The position numbers were made by a program, and so were the translations under genes. DNA of 64,000 nucleotides, from positions 53,531 to 117,530 of the forward strand of contig CAWVSL010000002.1 in assembly GCA_963933115.1 (NCBI GenBank), in the 5' to 3' direction. The notes beneath the pieces were generated by a model, which saw nothing but the letters and a program-made list of their open reading frames with translations, was not told the origin of the DNA and made no database searches. This DNA is from an uncultured Colwellia sp. (GTDB lineage: Bacteria > Pseudomonadota > Gammaproteobacteria > Enterobacterales > Alteromonadaceae). This document shows, one piece after another, positions 63,214 through 64,000 of the stretch. Position 1 is the first letter of the stretch; the number at the start of each line of letters is the position of its first letter.

Positions 63214-63474
63214 TTGAATTTTTTTAATATAACAATTGGCGAAGGTAAGTCCATTCAATCTTCGCCTAATCACACTATACTAGAGTCATTAGAACACAAT
63301 GAAATAGAAGTACATTATCACTGCAGGGATGGATTTTGTGGTGCTTGTAGAGTAAAGCTAAAGAAAGGAACAATTCGATACCCTCAAGGCGATCCCTTGG
63401 CCTATGTTGATGATGATGAAATCCTTACTTGCTGCTCATTACCTTCGTCTGATATTGAAATAGAAATCGATTAA
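63214..63474 (+). CDS. yfaE: 2Fe-2S ferredoxin YfaE (NrdB cofactor maintenance)
   Basis: 86 aa. CRDGFCGACR ... LTCC cysteine pattern and the end DIEIEID parallel E. coli YfaE. TTG start 9 nt after the nrdB stop. Confidence 0.9.
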   Translation: MNFFNITIGEGKSIQSSPNHTILESLEHNEIEVHYHCRDGFCGACRVKLKKGTIRYPQGDPLAYVDDDEILTCCSLPSSDIEIEID

Positions 63475-63856
63475 CCTCTGTGCTTTCTCAGGTGTAATTA
63501 CACTCTAATTATTAACGAGAAAGTGACATAACATCTACCTATGCTAACGATTTTCATTCATTAGCCTCAACAATTAAAGTCCTATACCACTAGTTTTTAT
63601 ATAGGTCAGTAAAGTGACCTTAAGTAGTCAATTTGGCTAATGGCATTTATTATTCAGCAATTAAAATGACTATACAAAGCCCGCAAGATATTCAGATATA
63701 AAGTTGATTTTTTAAAAGCTCTTGAAGGTGCAGTCTATTAGCATTACAGAGGTAGTTTTGTGCTTCTTATAGGCATGGTGTTAGTTGAGGGACTTTATAA
63801 GCTAATGGAAGCCATTAGCTTACCTTAGGGATGAATAAATAACTTATTATTGTCTA

Positions 63857-64000
63857 CTAATCTATTAGTTGTAACCTAATACCCAATAATACCCTGTTAA
63901 GTTCAATCAATACCCCTTTTTCAAATAACGCCTGAAGTGTTGATTTATCTTCCGTATTTATCGCTGAATCTAATGCTTTAGTTTTATTAAATAGGTTCAT
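63857..64000 (-). CDS. unidentified ORF reaching the window edge (may be partial)
   Basis: Own translation: ATG at 64000..63998, MNLFNKTKALDSAINTEDKSTLQALFEKGVLIELNRVLLGIRLQLID, stop at 63859..63857. The frame may continue upstream outside the window. A 9-bp hairpin (63800..63820) follows it. No recognisable family. Confidence 0.2.
   Translation of the reverse strand: MNLFNKTKALDSAINTEDKSTLQALFEKGVLIELNRVLLGIRLQLID

Noticed and set aside
1-64000. Searched by eye for mobile elements, prophage genes, CRISPR repeats, restriction-modification, toxin-antitoxin pairs and known defence-system genes.
   Set aside because: No transposase, integrase or recombinase-like ORFs, no regularly spaced direct repeats, and no nuclease, helicase or methylase gene clusters. 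Every ORF over 85 aa that is not a shadow ORF is accounted for by the features listed.

Overview
This is an AT-rich gammaproteobacterial chromosome segment. Gene content and order resemble marine Alteromonadales (Colwellia-like), but that taxon call is inference only. Most of the window is core housekeeping DNA. A minus-strand supercluster runs from 32.2 kb down to 10.7 kb: rpsB-tsf-pyrH-frr-uppS-cdsA-dxr-rseP-bamA-skp-lpxD-fabZ-lpxA-lpxB-rnhB-dnaE-accA-tilS, followed by sstT. Next come a DsbA-like gene and map-glnD-dapD (+), truC (-), an M16 peptidase (+) and fadR/dsbB. A second minus-strand block is comEA-pyrF-lapB-lapA-ihfB-rpsA-cmk-aroA-serC-gyrA, and the window ends with ubiG-HAD-nrdA-nrdB-yfaE (+). 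I saw no rRNA, tRNA, CRISPR array, transposase, integrase or phage genes. Two regions are not core. The first, 1-9.3 kb, is a minus-strand run of uncharacterised envelope proteins: a partial membrane protein, a DUF1415-like protein, an ATM1-type ABC exporter, a DUF3943-like outer-membrane protein, a DUF4136-like lipoprotein, a signal-less beta-rich/SdrD-B-like ORF and a secreted 7-blade FG-GAP protein, separated by unusually long ORF-free AT-rich spacers. The second, 38.9-41.0 kb, holds a pair of conserved unknowns plus an orphan SMI1/KNR4 (SUKH) protein. I did not find a convincing new multi-gene system. The best candidates are the 1-9.3 kb envelope cluster and two small plus-strand mini-ORFs with an identical 5' end in its spacers. 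Other checkable observations are tandem NrdR boxes upstream of nrdA, a class II-type aroA, a likely TTG start for cdsA, a candidate rpsB leader structure and several short repeats in intergenic DNA. All family names come from motif recognition by eye, not from database searches.
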